Shown: positions 34,467 to 43,328 of the stretch, in pieces
How positions within the stretch are numbered: position 1 is the stretch's first letter
How the letters are laid out: each line of letters opens with the position of its first letter
Source: Fibrobacteria bacterium
Lineage (GTDB): Bacteria; Fibrobacterota; Fibrobacteria; UBA11236
Assembly: GCA_035275285.1 (NCBI GenBank)
Contig: DATENA010000068.1
Location: 303-64,302, forward strand
Reading direction: 5' to 3'
DNA length: 64,000 nt
The notes under the pieces: model-generated
What the model saw: only the letters and a program-made list of their open reading frames with translations
The model's database searches: none
Told to the model about the DNA's origin: nothing
Translations under genes and position numbers: made by a program

Positions 34467-37400
34467 TCACTTCAAAGCGTTGAAGACGACGCGGGCGGAG
34501 CGGCCCTTGTCGCCATTGGACAACCGCACGATATGCACCCCGCGCAGGTTGCCCATGGGGATGGTATTCTGCCCCTGCATCAGATTCACATTACGCGCTC
34601 CGAGCGGACGGCCGGAAAGGCTCCAGACGGCCACGTTGACCTTGCCATAGCCCGCGGATTCCAGGACCAGATCCTGCCCACGGCTCGTGACGCCATGGAT
34701 TTCGGACAGGTCGTGCAGGGGATTGGCGAGGGCTACGGGAGGTGCGGCGGGCTTGATGACGAAGGACAATTCCTTGACGGTCACCCTGGGGTCCATGAGG
34801 TGCTTATCCTTGGCCCGGGCGGTGTAGGTATAGCTGCCGGCCATGAGGCCGGTGAGCGGGACCGAAAGGACGCCGTTGGTGCTCGTGCCCACAACCTTGC
34901 CGTTGAGGAGGATTTGCAAGGTATCGATGCCGTTCGGATCCTCGGCGAGTGCGTGCAGGGTGAGAGAGGCGGGGGCGCGCAAGGTATCCGACTCATTGCT
35001 CCGGGTGAAGGCCAGCGAAGGCGCAACATTGGGCGCGGGGGCGGTCACAACGACTTCCAGCTCTCGGGTGGACACCTTGGGATCGGTTGGGTGCTTGTCC
35101 TTGGCCCGTACGGTATATTTGTAGGTACCGGCTGCCTTGTTGGCGATGGGAACCGACAGGGTGAGTTTGGTGCCAGTGGCGACGACCTCGCCGTCCAGCA
35201 GGACTTGCAAGGTATCGATGCCGTTCGCATCGTCGGCGGTGGCGAGCAGGGTGAAACTGGCCGGGGCGATCAAGGTCTCGGTGTTGACCAGGGTCAGGCT
35301 AACCAGGGCAGAGTCGACGTTTTCAACGGGCGGGGGTTCATGCACGATAACCGTCAGGGTCCCAGTCACGGTTTTGGGATCCGTGGCATGATTGTCGGTA
35401 GCCTTCACGGTGTAGGTATAGGTGCCGGCAACCTTGCCCGTGAGGGGTACCGACAGGGAGCCGGTGTTGGACCCGCCTAACACGGTGGTACCCTCCAGGA
35501 TTTGCAGGCTGGCGATGGCGCCATCCGTATCCGTTGCGGTGGCGTTCAAGGTGAAGCTGCCGGGGGCGATCACTACCTCACTGGGGCCTTCCAGGGTCAC
35601 CGTTGGGGGAACATTAGGAGGGGGTTCCGCGACGACAACGAGCAATTCCTGGCTCGACGTCTTGGGATCCGCGGTATTGGCGTCCTTGGCACGGATCGTA
35701 TACGTGTAAGTGCCCGCCGCCAGGTTGGCGATATCGACTCCCAGGGCTCCGGTGGCGTTCGAGCCGAGCACCGTGTTCCCCAGGAGGATTTCCAAAGAGG
35801 CGATGCCGTCCACATCCGTAGCGCTCCCGACGAGGGTGAAGCTGGCCGGGGCGACCAGGTTTTCCGCGCCGGTGCGGATCAGGCCCACCGTCGGGGCCGG
35901 ATTGGCGACGACGACGGACAGGTTCTGGGTCGTGGTCAGCTTATTGAAGGCATGGTTGTCCTTGGCGCGCACCGTGTAGGTGTAGGAGCCGGCCGCGACG
36001 TTGGCGGTATCGAAGGAAACCGAGCCGGTCGTGCTGGAAGCCACAACCGTTTCCCCCTTGAGTATTTCCAAGGTGGCGATGCCATCGGCATCCGTGGCCG
36101 TCGCTTTTAGGGTGAAGGAGGCGGGGGCATTCAGATCGCCCTCGGTGCGCGCAAAGGTGACCGCAGGCGGGCCCGCGTTCGGGGTATCGCCCAGGGGGAA
36201 GTCCATGGTGCCCGGCAGGGTCCAGTCCTTGTACCAGAGATCGCCGTCCACGATGGCGCCGGCCTTGGCCGCGATGATTGCCGGGTCCGAAGGCGACAGA
36301 TCCTTGTAAAGGCCGAAGCTATGGATCGAATCATAGGGAACCGCCTTGAAGTATTTCTTCAGAACGTCCTGCAACAAAGAGACTTGCGCCAGCGAGTCGT
36401 CGCGATTGCGGACGCCGAGAGCCGTGACGTCGATAAGCTTTTTCCAACGGCCGGTGATGAAGGCATCCTTGAATTCGAGCTTGGGCACGGGCGCGGTGAT
36501 ATTGGAAATCACGAAATCGCCTTGGGCGCGGAGTGCCCAAACGGACGCGCTGTCGGGCGTGATGCCTCCGGCCACCATGACCACTTTCTCATAAGTGCCG
36601 GCGCAGTCTTCCTTGGCATCCATCACTCCGCCCGCGCCGCCGTTGTCGATGAGGGTGAGGTGTGACCAATGGAGTTGGGACTTGCGGGGTTCGCCGCCCT
36701 GGGAACTGCTGCACTCGATGACGTTATCGCCCACGGGTTCAAAGGGGAGCAAGCTTCCGACACCCCTTTCCCGAGGGGGTTCCACTCGCTGGATGGCGAT
36801 CATGTAATCGATGGTTCCGCTGTACCCGTGATCGATATCGTAGCTGTCGTCCGTTTCGTTGGTCACGATCAGATGGTCGGCATTGGCCGCGCCGCCGAAC
36901 CATTCGAAGCCGTCGTCATCGCCGCGATTGACCTGGACATGGCTGATCTTCGTCTTGCGGCCCACCGCGCACAGGGTGATGCCGTTCAGCTCGCGGTCGA
37001 CCATGATGGGATAACCGGGTCCGTCCAGGCGCACGTAGGTCAGCACGCCGGAAGAATCATCATCGTCTCTTCCCGTGAACCTGGCCCAGGTTAAGGCTTC
37101 GTATTGGAAGTTAGGCGAAGGATTACGTGGATCCACTTGGTTGCTGATTCCTTTTCCCAATAATACGATGCCGCCCCATTGCCCGCGTTCGGCGCCGGGT
37201 TCACCCCGGAAGGTGATGGGTTGATCCTTGGTGCCGGCCGCGACCAACCATGCACCGCGGTCCACCAACAAGGTGCCGCGGGAGGTCGGATCGGCCTGAA
37301 TGTAGGTTCCCGGGTCGATGGTAAGCGTGACACCGGCCTTGACGATGGTAAACCCATTCAGGATCCAGGTTGTGTCATTGGTCAAGCGTGTATTCACTAC

Positions 37401-37556
37401 AATGGAATCGGCCGGAATGCTGCCCGTATGCAGTTTGACGGGAATATTCTTCTTCGGCCTTGATTCACCCTCATCACCGCGAGCTAAACCTGATCCCAGG
37501 GTCGCCGCTAGGGCTCCGGTCAGCAAGAAGGGTTTAAGGAAAGTCGTTTTGAACAT
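34467..37556 (-). CDS. Secreted beta-helix protein with five Ig-like repeats and T9SS-like C-terminal domain
   Basis: TLTIDPGT, GQWGGIVLLG, DDDSSGVLTYVR, ELNGITL, DDGFEWFGG, DDSYDID; five repeats of APASFTL.ATA.D.DGI..L.I...G..Y.YT.RAKD. Confidence 0.85.
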   Translation of the reverse strand: MFKTTFLKPFLLTGALAATLGSGLARGDEGESRPKKNIPVKLHTGSIPADSIVVNTRLTNDTTWILNGFTIVKAGVTLTIDPGTYIQADPTSRGTLLVDRGAWLVAAGTKDQPITFRGEPGAERGQWGGIVLLGKGISNQVDPRNPSPNFQYEALTWARFTGRDDDDSSGVLTYVRLDGPGYPIMVDRELNGITLCAVGRKTKISHVQVNRGDDDGFEWFGGAANADHLIVTNETDDSYDIDHGYSGTIDYMIAIQRVEPPRERGVGSLLPFEPVGDNVIECSSSQGGEPRKSQLHWSHLTLIDNGGAGGVMDAKEDCAGTYEKVVMVAGGITPDSASVWALRAQGDFVISNITAPVPKLEFKDAFITGRWKKLIDVTALGVRNRDDSLAQVSLLQDVLKKYFKAVPYDSIHSFGLYKDLSPSDPAIIAAKAGAIVDGDLWYKDWTLPGTMDFPLGDTPNAGPPAVTFARTEGDLNAPASFTLKATATDADGIATLEILKGETVVASSTTGSVSFDTANVAAGSYTYTVRAKDNHAFNKLTTTQNLSVVVANPAPTVGLIRTGAENLVAPASFTLVGSATDVDGIASLEILLGNTVLGSNATGALGVDIANLAAGTYTYTIRAKDANTADPKTSSQELLVVVAEPPPNVPPTVTLEGPSEVVIAPGSFTLNATATDTDGAIASLQILEGTTVLGGSNTGSLSVPLTGKVAGTYTYTVKATDNHATDPKTVTGTLTVIVHEPPPVENVDSALVSLTLVNTETLIAPASFTLLATADDANGIDTLQVLLDGEVVATGTKLTLSVPIANKAAGTYKYTVRAKDKHPTDPKVSTRELEVVVTAPAPNVAPSLAFTRSNESDTLRAPASLTLHALAEDPNGIDTLQILLNGKVVGTSTNGVLSVPLTGLMAGSYTYTARAKDKHLMDPRVTVKELSFVIKPAAPPVALANPLHDLSEIHGVTSRGQDLVLESAGYGKVNVAVWSLSGRPLGARNVNLMQGQNTIPMGNLRGVHIVRLSNGDKGRSARVVFNALK

Positions 37557-37686
37557 AGTGGAAGCCTCCCATGGCTTTGTGGTTATCGGAATCCGGCCCT
37601 ACGCAAGAGATACCAGCGGAACAAGCCAGGAAAATTTGGAAAACGCTGTTTCCAATCGGGCCGATACGTGTTACGGCATCGTTCCA

Positions 37687-40600
37687 TTAAAACAGGCGCG
37701 CGTAATTGACTTCGATCCAAATGCCGTCCTGTATGCGTTCAACGGTTTGGTAGCGGCTGACGTTCCCAAAAACCTCCTGATACTGTCCAGGTGTTACCGA
37801 ATGGTAAGGAATTTGATCGTTGTTTTCCTTCACCCGCAATTCCTTCGATTGCATCAGCCAGTTTTTCACGCGCACGCCGAGCTCATTGCGTTTCCACCAG
37901 GTGAGGCGGTGCAACGATTCGAGGCTGGCGAAGGGTTTTTCCGTGATATCCGGCAATCCCATGGTCCCCGCATACCGGATGCGCTCCCCGGCTTTATTGA
38001 AGAGCACCGCATTCAGGAATGCGAATGGCCCGGCTTCCGCCTCGTGGGTGACGGACCCGTTGATCAGGTACGGGGCCTGCCCGACCATGGGCCGGCGGTA
38101 ATTCGTGTTTTGCAGATTCTGGGTGGTGTCTTCCCGGATGCGGACTTCGGATTCCATCAGGGCGAAATTCCCGGAAAGCATTAAGCCTTTCAGCCATGGG
38201 ACGGATGCGCCCAGTCCCTCCAGCAGGCCTCCGGGATTCAGGACGGCTTCGAATTCGACTCCCTTCACGTAAGCGCCGTTGGCATTTTGATAGGATTCCA
38301 CCTTATTATTGTCGATCGTGGTTTCCACCGGACGGGTGAAGTCCTTGTAAAAGAGCGAGGCCGAAAGGGATTGCTGGAAAGGCAGATACAGATCGGCGCG
38401 GGCGTCGAAATGGGCGATTTGGGTCTTTTTCAAATCCGGATTGCCTGTAATGGTGCGCCCGCTGACGTAATCCGCAAAGGTGTAGGGGGCCACTTCGCGG
38501 ATTTCCGGGTGGACCGCGGTTTGGGCATACTGCCAGCGTAACTTCAAAGCTTGTATCGGCTTGACCCACAGCCCGGCCGTGGGATAGGCGCTCCACTCCC
38601 TCGTCTTGCTATGGATATCGCCATACCCCTCTCCACCCCCCGTATAGGGCGCCACCAAGTTGAAATCGAACCATTCCCCGCGTACTCCGCCGTCGATCCC
38701 GATCGGCATGCTCCACAAGCGCGCGGAAACCGCGCCGGCGAGGTAGGCCGCGGCTTTGATTTCGCTGGCGTCATAGGTGTCCCGATCTTTCGGGGACGTC
38801 GCGAAGTCGGAAACCCTTTCCTGCATATCCAGGGTCAAAGCCTCCGGCGCGCGGATCTCTTCCAGCGTTTTTCCCGTCAGCGTCCGGCGGTCCGCGTCAT
38901 AGGAATAGCGGGTGGCATTGAAGCTGCGTTTCCTGCCGTTCCAGGCCAAGCCGGCGTTGAAGTTGGGAAGCGCGAGATGGGAGAAGAGTTGGCTTTCCGT
39001 TAGAAAGGTATCGCGCGCCGAATATTCCGGGGGGATGACCAGGACGCCGTCGAGCCGCGCCGCGGCGGCCTTTTCATCCAGCGTTTCGAAAATGCGGGTA
39101 CCCCATACGTCGTTGTTGGCGAAGGTCAAGGGTTGAGTAGTGTTCACCGCGGTCTGGCTATAGAGGTAGCGGCGGCTGTCCGGAGTTTCCCCGGTGACGG
39201 CGGAGAGCCCCGCGGCCCAACTCACGGAATCCAGAAGCCCCACTCCTACGTAGGCCTCGCCTCCCACCTGGCTGCTGATCAGGCTCCGGCGGCTGAATTC
39301 CAACAAATAGCGTTCCTCGTACGGCCTGTCCTGGGGAATGAGGCCGCCGCCTCGGTCGGATTGGTAGCTGCGGGACATGAGGGTGTAGTCGGTGCCGATG
39401 TTGATGGCGAAATTCTTCCACCACACCGACCAATCCGGGTTTTCGTAGCGCATGTTCAGCATGCCGCTCAGTTGGGCTTCGTAGCTTCCCCGGTTGATCT
39501 GGGCCGCGATATTGGGTTGGAGCGAACGCACGGGGGTGGTGACGGGACCGGAGTCGGTTTGCACCGTATCGAAAAGCTGGGTCCGGATTACGACCTCTCT
39601 TTGGAACAGAGGGTGGAAAACCGTGTCCTTGACGAAGCTATAGGCGGCGACCACGTCCTGCTTTTCGATCAGGTCCTGATCGTATTTGTTTTTGAACCCG
39701 GCGGTGGCGAGGTATCCGAATTTCCCCCCGCCGCCGGCCGGGTACACGTTGCCGCCGGAGATGGAGAAATTGGTGGGATTCCGGACGCGAGTGGTGTCGA
39801 TGGCATAGGTATTGGACAGTGCGTTGGCCAATTGGATGCGTTCTTCCGGGGTGTATCCCGGCAATCCCCGGCTGCGGGCATCCTGGGCCTGGGCTTCGGT
39901 GTATCCTTTGGGTATCAAAAGGGGGAACCCGTCCGGGAGGGAGCGCGTGCCGTCGTCGAAGCCCCAAAAGGTGTTGCCGCCATCATAGGCCATACGCCGG
40001 TTGCCGACCTGCCATCCGGCCGGGAGAGCTTTCGGGGCCCGGCCGTTCTTGGGCGACTCGGCCATGTAGGCTTGCAGGTAATCGGCGCTATCCATGCGCC
40101 CATAATAATGGTTGCCGGTGGACAGGCTGACCTTGAAGAAAGCTTTCTCGGGAATGCCTTTGGTGACGAGCGCCACCGAACCGCCCGCGAAATCGGAATA
40201 CAGATCCGGGACGAAGGTTTTATAGATGGAGAAGCTTTCCAGCGTTCCCGCCGGGAACAGGTCCTGCGGCACCACCCGCTTGTCCTTTTCCGGCGAAGGC
40301 ACCGGCAGGCCGTTCAAGGTCATATTGGTGTAGCGTTCGCCCAGACCGCGCACATACACGTATTTCCCGCCCACCAGGGAGGTGCCGGTGATGCGCCGGG
40401 CGATGGCGCCGGCGTCCGAATCGGTGGTCTTGGCGATTTGCTCGGCGGACACCCCTTCCATCACCCCCGCGGCCTTCTGGCGCTTGGCCAGCAAATCCTG
40501 GGCGCTGCCCGCCTTGCGTTCCGTTTTCGCCTGGACCACCTGGCCTTTCAGGACCCGTCGCTCCAGCCGGATTTCCAGGACGCGGTCTTCCCCGGCCGCA

Positions 40601-41151
40601 AAGGTTTCCGGGTCCAGGGCCTTGGACTCGTAGCCCTTCCGGTATGCGGAAATTCTCCACGTGCCCGGCGCGATCTCCGTGATGCGGAACAGTCCCGCCT
40701 CATCGCTGGGCGCGGAAAGGCGCAGGCTGTCCCGTTGCAAGATCACGGTCACCTTCGCCACGGGTTTCCCGTCCTCGGCGCTCAGGATCACGCCATGCAG
40801 CATGGCCCGATCGGCCCTGGTTTCCGGCTTGGGAGGGCGGGCGGAATCGGCGGCGATCCCCGCGGAAGCCCCGGCCGCGGCGCCCGGTGCCGTGGAATCG
40901 ACGGCTATCGCCGCCGCTTCGGCGGCGCTGTCCGGGGACGGCCCGGCCGCTTTATCGGTATGCGTCGGGACCTTTTCAGGCAAAGTGTCCGCCACCAGGG
41001 AGTCCAGATTGCGGACAGGCACATCGGCGCGCCAGGGCGGGGTCTCCTCTTGCATCGGCTCCGCTGCGGCCAAGGCTCGCCCGGTTCCGGCCAAGATCGA
41101 GAAGAGGAAAAAGAGGGGCTTCAGAACGCGCTTCAACGTGGCGGGGAACAT
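37687..41151 (-). CDS. TonB-dependent receptor with N-terminal carboxypeptidase-regulatory-like domain
   Basis: Plug region (SAEQIAKTTDSDAG...YVYVRGLGERY..TLNG...PSPE...VPQDLFP, DFAGG), NPDLKKT, QAPYLIN, terminal aromatic residue (YARLF). Confidence 0.93.
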   Translation of the reverse strand: MFPATLKRVLKPLFFLFSILAGTGRALAAAEPMQEETPPWRADVPVRNLDSLVADTLPEKVPTHTDKAAGPSPDSAAEAAAIAVDSTAPGAAAGASAGIAADSARPPKPETRADRAMLHGVILSAEDGKPVAKVTVILQRDSLRLSAPSDEAGLFRITEIAPGTWRISAYRKGYESKALDPETFAAGEDRVLEIRLERRVLKGQVVQAKTERKAGSAQDLLAKRQKAAGVMEGVSAEQIAKTTDSDAGAIARRITGTSLVGGKYVYVRGLGERYTNMTLNGLPVPSPEKDKRVVPQDLFPAGTLESFSIYKTFVPDLYSDFAGGSVALVTKGIPEKAFFKVSLSTGNHYYGRMDSADYLQAYMAESPKNGRAPKALPAGWQVGNRRMAYDGGNTFWGFDDGTRSLPDGFPLLIPKGYTEAQAQDARSRGLPGYTPEERIQLANALSNTYAIDTTRVRNPTNFSISGGNVYPAGGGGKFGYLATAGFKNKYDQDLIEKQDVVAAYSFVKDTVFHPLFQREVVIRTQLFDTVQTDSGPVTTPVRSLQPNIAAQINRGSYEAQLSGMLNMRYENPDWSVWWKNFAINIGTDYTLMSRSYQSDRGGGLIPQDRPYEERYLLEFSRRSLISSQVGGEAYVGVGLLDSVSWAAGLSAVTGETPDSRRYLYSQTAVNTTQPLTFANNDVWGTRIFETLDEKAAAARLDGVLVIPPEYSARDTFLTESQLFSHLALPNFNAGLAWNGRKRSFNATRYSYDADRRTLTGKTLEEIRAPEALTLDMQERVSDFATSPKDRDTYDASEIKAAAYLAGAVSARLWSMPIGIDGGVRGEWFDFNLVAPYTGGGEGYGDIHSKTREWSAYPTAGLWVKPIQALKLRWQYAQTAVHPEIREVAPYTFADYVSGRTITGNPDLKKTQIAHFDARADLYLPFQQSLSASLFYKDFTRPVETTIDNNKVESYQNANGAYVKGVEFEAVLNPGGLLEGLGASVPWLKGLMLSGNFALMESEVRIREDTTQNLQNTNYRRPMVGQAPYLINGSVTHEAEAGPFAFLNAVLFNKAGERIRYAGTMGLPDITEKPFASLESLHRLTWWKRNELGVRVKNWLMQSKELRVKENNDQIPYHSVTPGQYQEVFGNVSRYQTVERIQDGIWIEVNYARLF

Positions 41152-41242
41152 GGCGGGGAATAGTACCTTGTGGTAAATTCAAAAATATTTCCAACCTGTT
41201 GCCGCCGTTCCAGCCGGGACCGCCGGATCTGCGGCATCGCGG

Positions 41243-41278
41243 AAAAAAAAGGACCGGAGGCCCTGAGGCCCCCGGTCC
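41243..41278 (-). terminator. Intrinsic terminator after the 41309-43066 gene
   Basis: Minus strand GGACCGG...CCGGTCC stem followed by T8. Confidence 0.85.
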
Positions 41279-41308
41279 GGAGAGAACGTCGATCAGGAGA
41301 TCAACCGA

Positions 41309-43066
41309 TTAGGGGAAGGTTTCCCAGTAGGTGGTCTCGTCGATGATCTGGCCGGTGGCGGCGATCACCAGCTTCACGCGCAAGCTGTGCTTGCCCGAGG
41401 CGCCGAAAACGGCGCCGGTCTGGCCGGCCGCCTTGTAGACGCGATCGCCATTGGCGAGGACGGTGGGGAAAGGGAAAATGCCGCTGCGGAAGGTCGAGCT
41501 CACGTCCGCGCCGTCCAGGTAGGCCTCGGAGGCGTTCACGTTGATCGCGCCGTTCAACCCGGTCTGGGTCATCACGAAGTCCCAGACGCCGGGCTTCCAC
41601 AGCTTGGCGGGGACGGATTTCGAACCGCCGGCGGGCTGGAAGACGATGTACTTCTTGGCGATGCCCATCTGGGAGACGGCGGTCCAGCCGTCCGTCCAGG
41701 CGGCGGCGGTGGGGCTGAAAGCGCCGGCATAGGTCACGTTGTCGAAGAAGGCATCGCCCATCTGGTGGTGGGCGCCGGTCACGGCGGGGCTGGTGGGGGC
41801 GGGACGCGGATCCACGGTGTTCAGCCTCCAGTTGGAGCCGTTCGGCATGCTGTTCAGCAGCGGATTGACGTATTGGTTGTCGTTGCCGTCCACTTCGGCC
41901 GCACCGTTGCCGCCGATCATCATGTCGCTGAGGCTGCCGCCGATCCAGTTGCCGAAGTTCCAGACATAGTTGGCTTCGAAGTTGAGCAAACCGTTGTTGA
42001 CCTTGCAAACGGCGTCGCAGGCGAGGGAGCCCTGCAACTCGAAGCGGCCCAGGTTCTGGGGGAAGTTCGCGAGGATCATGTTCTTGAAGTCGCCGCCGGT
42101 GCCGTCGCGCAAGCGGAAGGCCAGATCGTTCACGAAGGTGAAGCCGGAGGGCACGGTGGAGCCGTTGCCGATGAGGGTCAGATTGGAGAACTTGGGGCTG
42201 GAGTACTTGGTGGTGTCGGTCAGGCCGGCGCCGGCGCCGCCGCTGTTCAAGGGGAAGGCGAAGCCGTCGCCCTCGATGGCCTGGTTGCCGTTCGCATCCG
42301 GGTTGGCGTTGCTGTACATCATGAGGCCGTACTGCAGCTTGCCCCTGAATCCGAAGTCGAAGTCGAAGCCGTCGTCGTTGCCGTAGGCCGAGACCAGGTA
42401 CTTGGCGTTGACCGTGCCGCCGAACCATTCGAAGCCGTCGTCGCCGTTGGCGAACACTTCGATGTGGTCGATGACGGTCTTGCTGCCCACGCCGCCGAAG
42501 GTGAGGCCGTTGATCTCGTTGTCGTTGCCGATGATCTTGCCGCCATGCCGGATGGAGACATAGTGCATCTCACCGGAGCTGTCGAGGTCGTTATGGCCGC
42601 CGTAGGCGCCGCGGGGTTCGTTGTTGATCCCCTCGATGTAAGCAGAGTCTTCGGAAATGGTGGCATTGCCCAGCAGGATGATGCCGCCCCACATGTAGCG
42701 ATCGAACGGTCCCAGGTCGGTGGGATCGTCCTCATTGTCCAAAACGGTGGTGAACAGGATGGGGTCCGCGGCGGTGCCGAGGGCCTTGATCTTGCCCCAA
42801 CGGGTGATGACGAGCACGGAAACGTTGCCCTGCTCGCCCAGCAAGCCCTTGACGACGGTTCCGGATTGGATCACGAGTTCCTGGGGGCAAGCAGCGCTCT
42901 GTCCGACGAACACACGGCCGCTCAGGTGGTACACCGTATCGCGGCTGAAAGTCGAAGTAGCAGAGCAGGGAAGGCTGGCGTTGCTGATCACTTTGATCGG
43001 CTTGGCCGCGAACGCGCTTGCTGCTGCGGCAAGAGCGGCGCATGCGATTAGTTTGGCGGATTTCAT
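41309..43066 (-). CDS. Secreted beta-helix protein, paralogue of the 34467-37556 N-terminal domain
   Basis: Signal peptide MKSAKLIACAALAAAASAFA; WGGIILLG, YGGHNDLDSSG, NEINGLTFGGVG, DDGFEWFGGTVN, DDGFDFDFG, YAGAF, WTDGWT. Confidence 0.88.
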   Translation of the reverse strand: MKSAKLIACAALAAAASAFAAKPIKVISNASLPCSATSTFSRDTVYHLSGRVFVGQSAACPQELVIQSGTVVKGLLGEQGNVSVLVITRWGKIKALGTAADPILFTTVLDNEDDPTDLGPFDRYMWGGIILLGNATISEDSAYIEGINNEPRGAYGGHNDLDSSGEMHYVSIRHGGKIIGNDNEINGLTFGGVGSKTVIDHIEVFANGDDGFEWFGGTVNAKYLVSAYGNDDGFDFDFGFRGKLQYGLMMYSNANPDANGNQAIEGDGFAFPLNSGGAGAGLTDTTKYSSPKFSNLTLIGNGSTVPSGFTFVNDLAFRLRDGTGGDFKNMILANFPQNLGRFELQGSLACDAVCKVNNGLLNFEANYVWNFGNWIGGSLSDMMIGGNGAAEVDGNDNQYVNPLLNSMPNGSNWRLNTVDPRPAPTSPAVTGAHHQMGDAFFDNVTYAGAFSPTAAAWTDGWTAVSQMGIAKKYIVFQPAGGSKSVPAKLWKPGVWDFVMTQTGLNGAINVNASEAYLDGADVSSTFRSGIFPFPTVLANGDRVYKAAGQTGAVFGASGKHSLRVKLVIAATGQIIDETTYWETFP

Positions 43067-43328
43067 TCTATCTCCTTGGCGTGCTTCGGAGTCATTTCCT
43101 AGCACGGAGGGTAAGAAACCTATAAGATGTTGCAAGGAGATTATGGTAATGTGCGGAAATTGATGGGTTCCGTTTACAGTCGCGACATTTTCGGCGCCCG
43201 GCGGTTGCTTACTTCCCGGCCCGAGGGTGCCGAATGCTTCCAAATTATGCCGATCCTTTCGAATCGACAAGCGAAGGGAAAGGCGATATAATCTTGTGAT
43301 TGTCATGGGGTTTTAAACGGGTTTGCAA

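Noticed and set aside
34700-36170. Repeated ~270-nt segments as mobile or repeat elements
   Set aside because: They are in-frame Ig-like domain repeats of one protein.
43105-43160. Possible Pho boxes upstream of the phosphorus locus (GTAAG/ATAAG/GCAAG; similar at 33782)
   Set aside because: Spacing is irregular (11, 10, 14 nt) and the match to known PhoB boxes is poor; cannot be supported without motif statistics.
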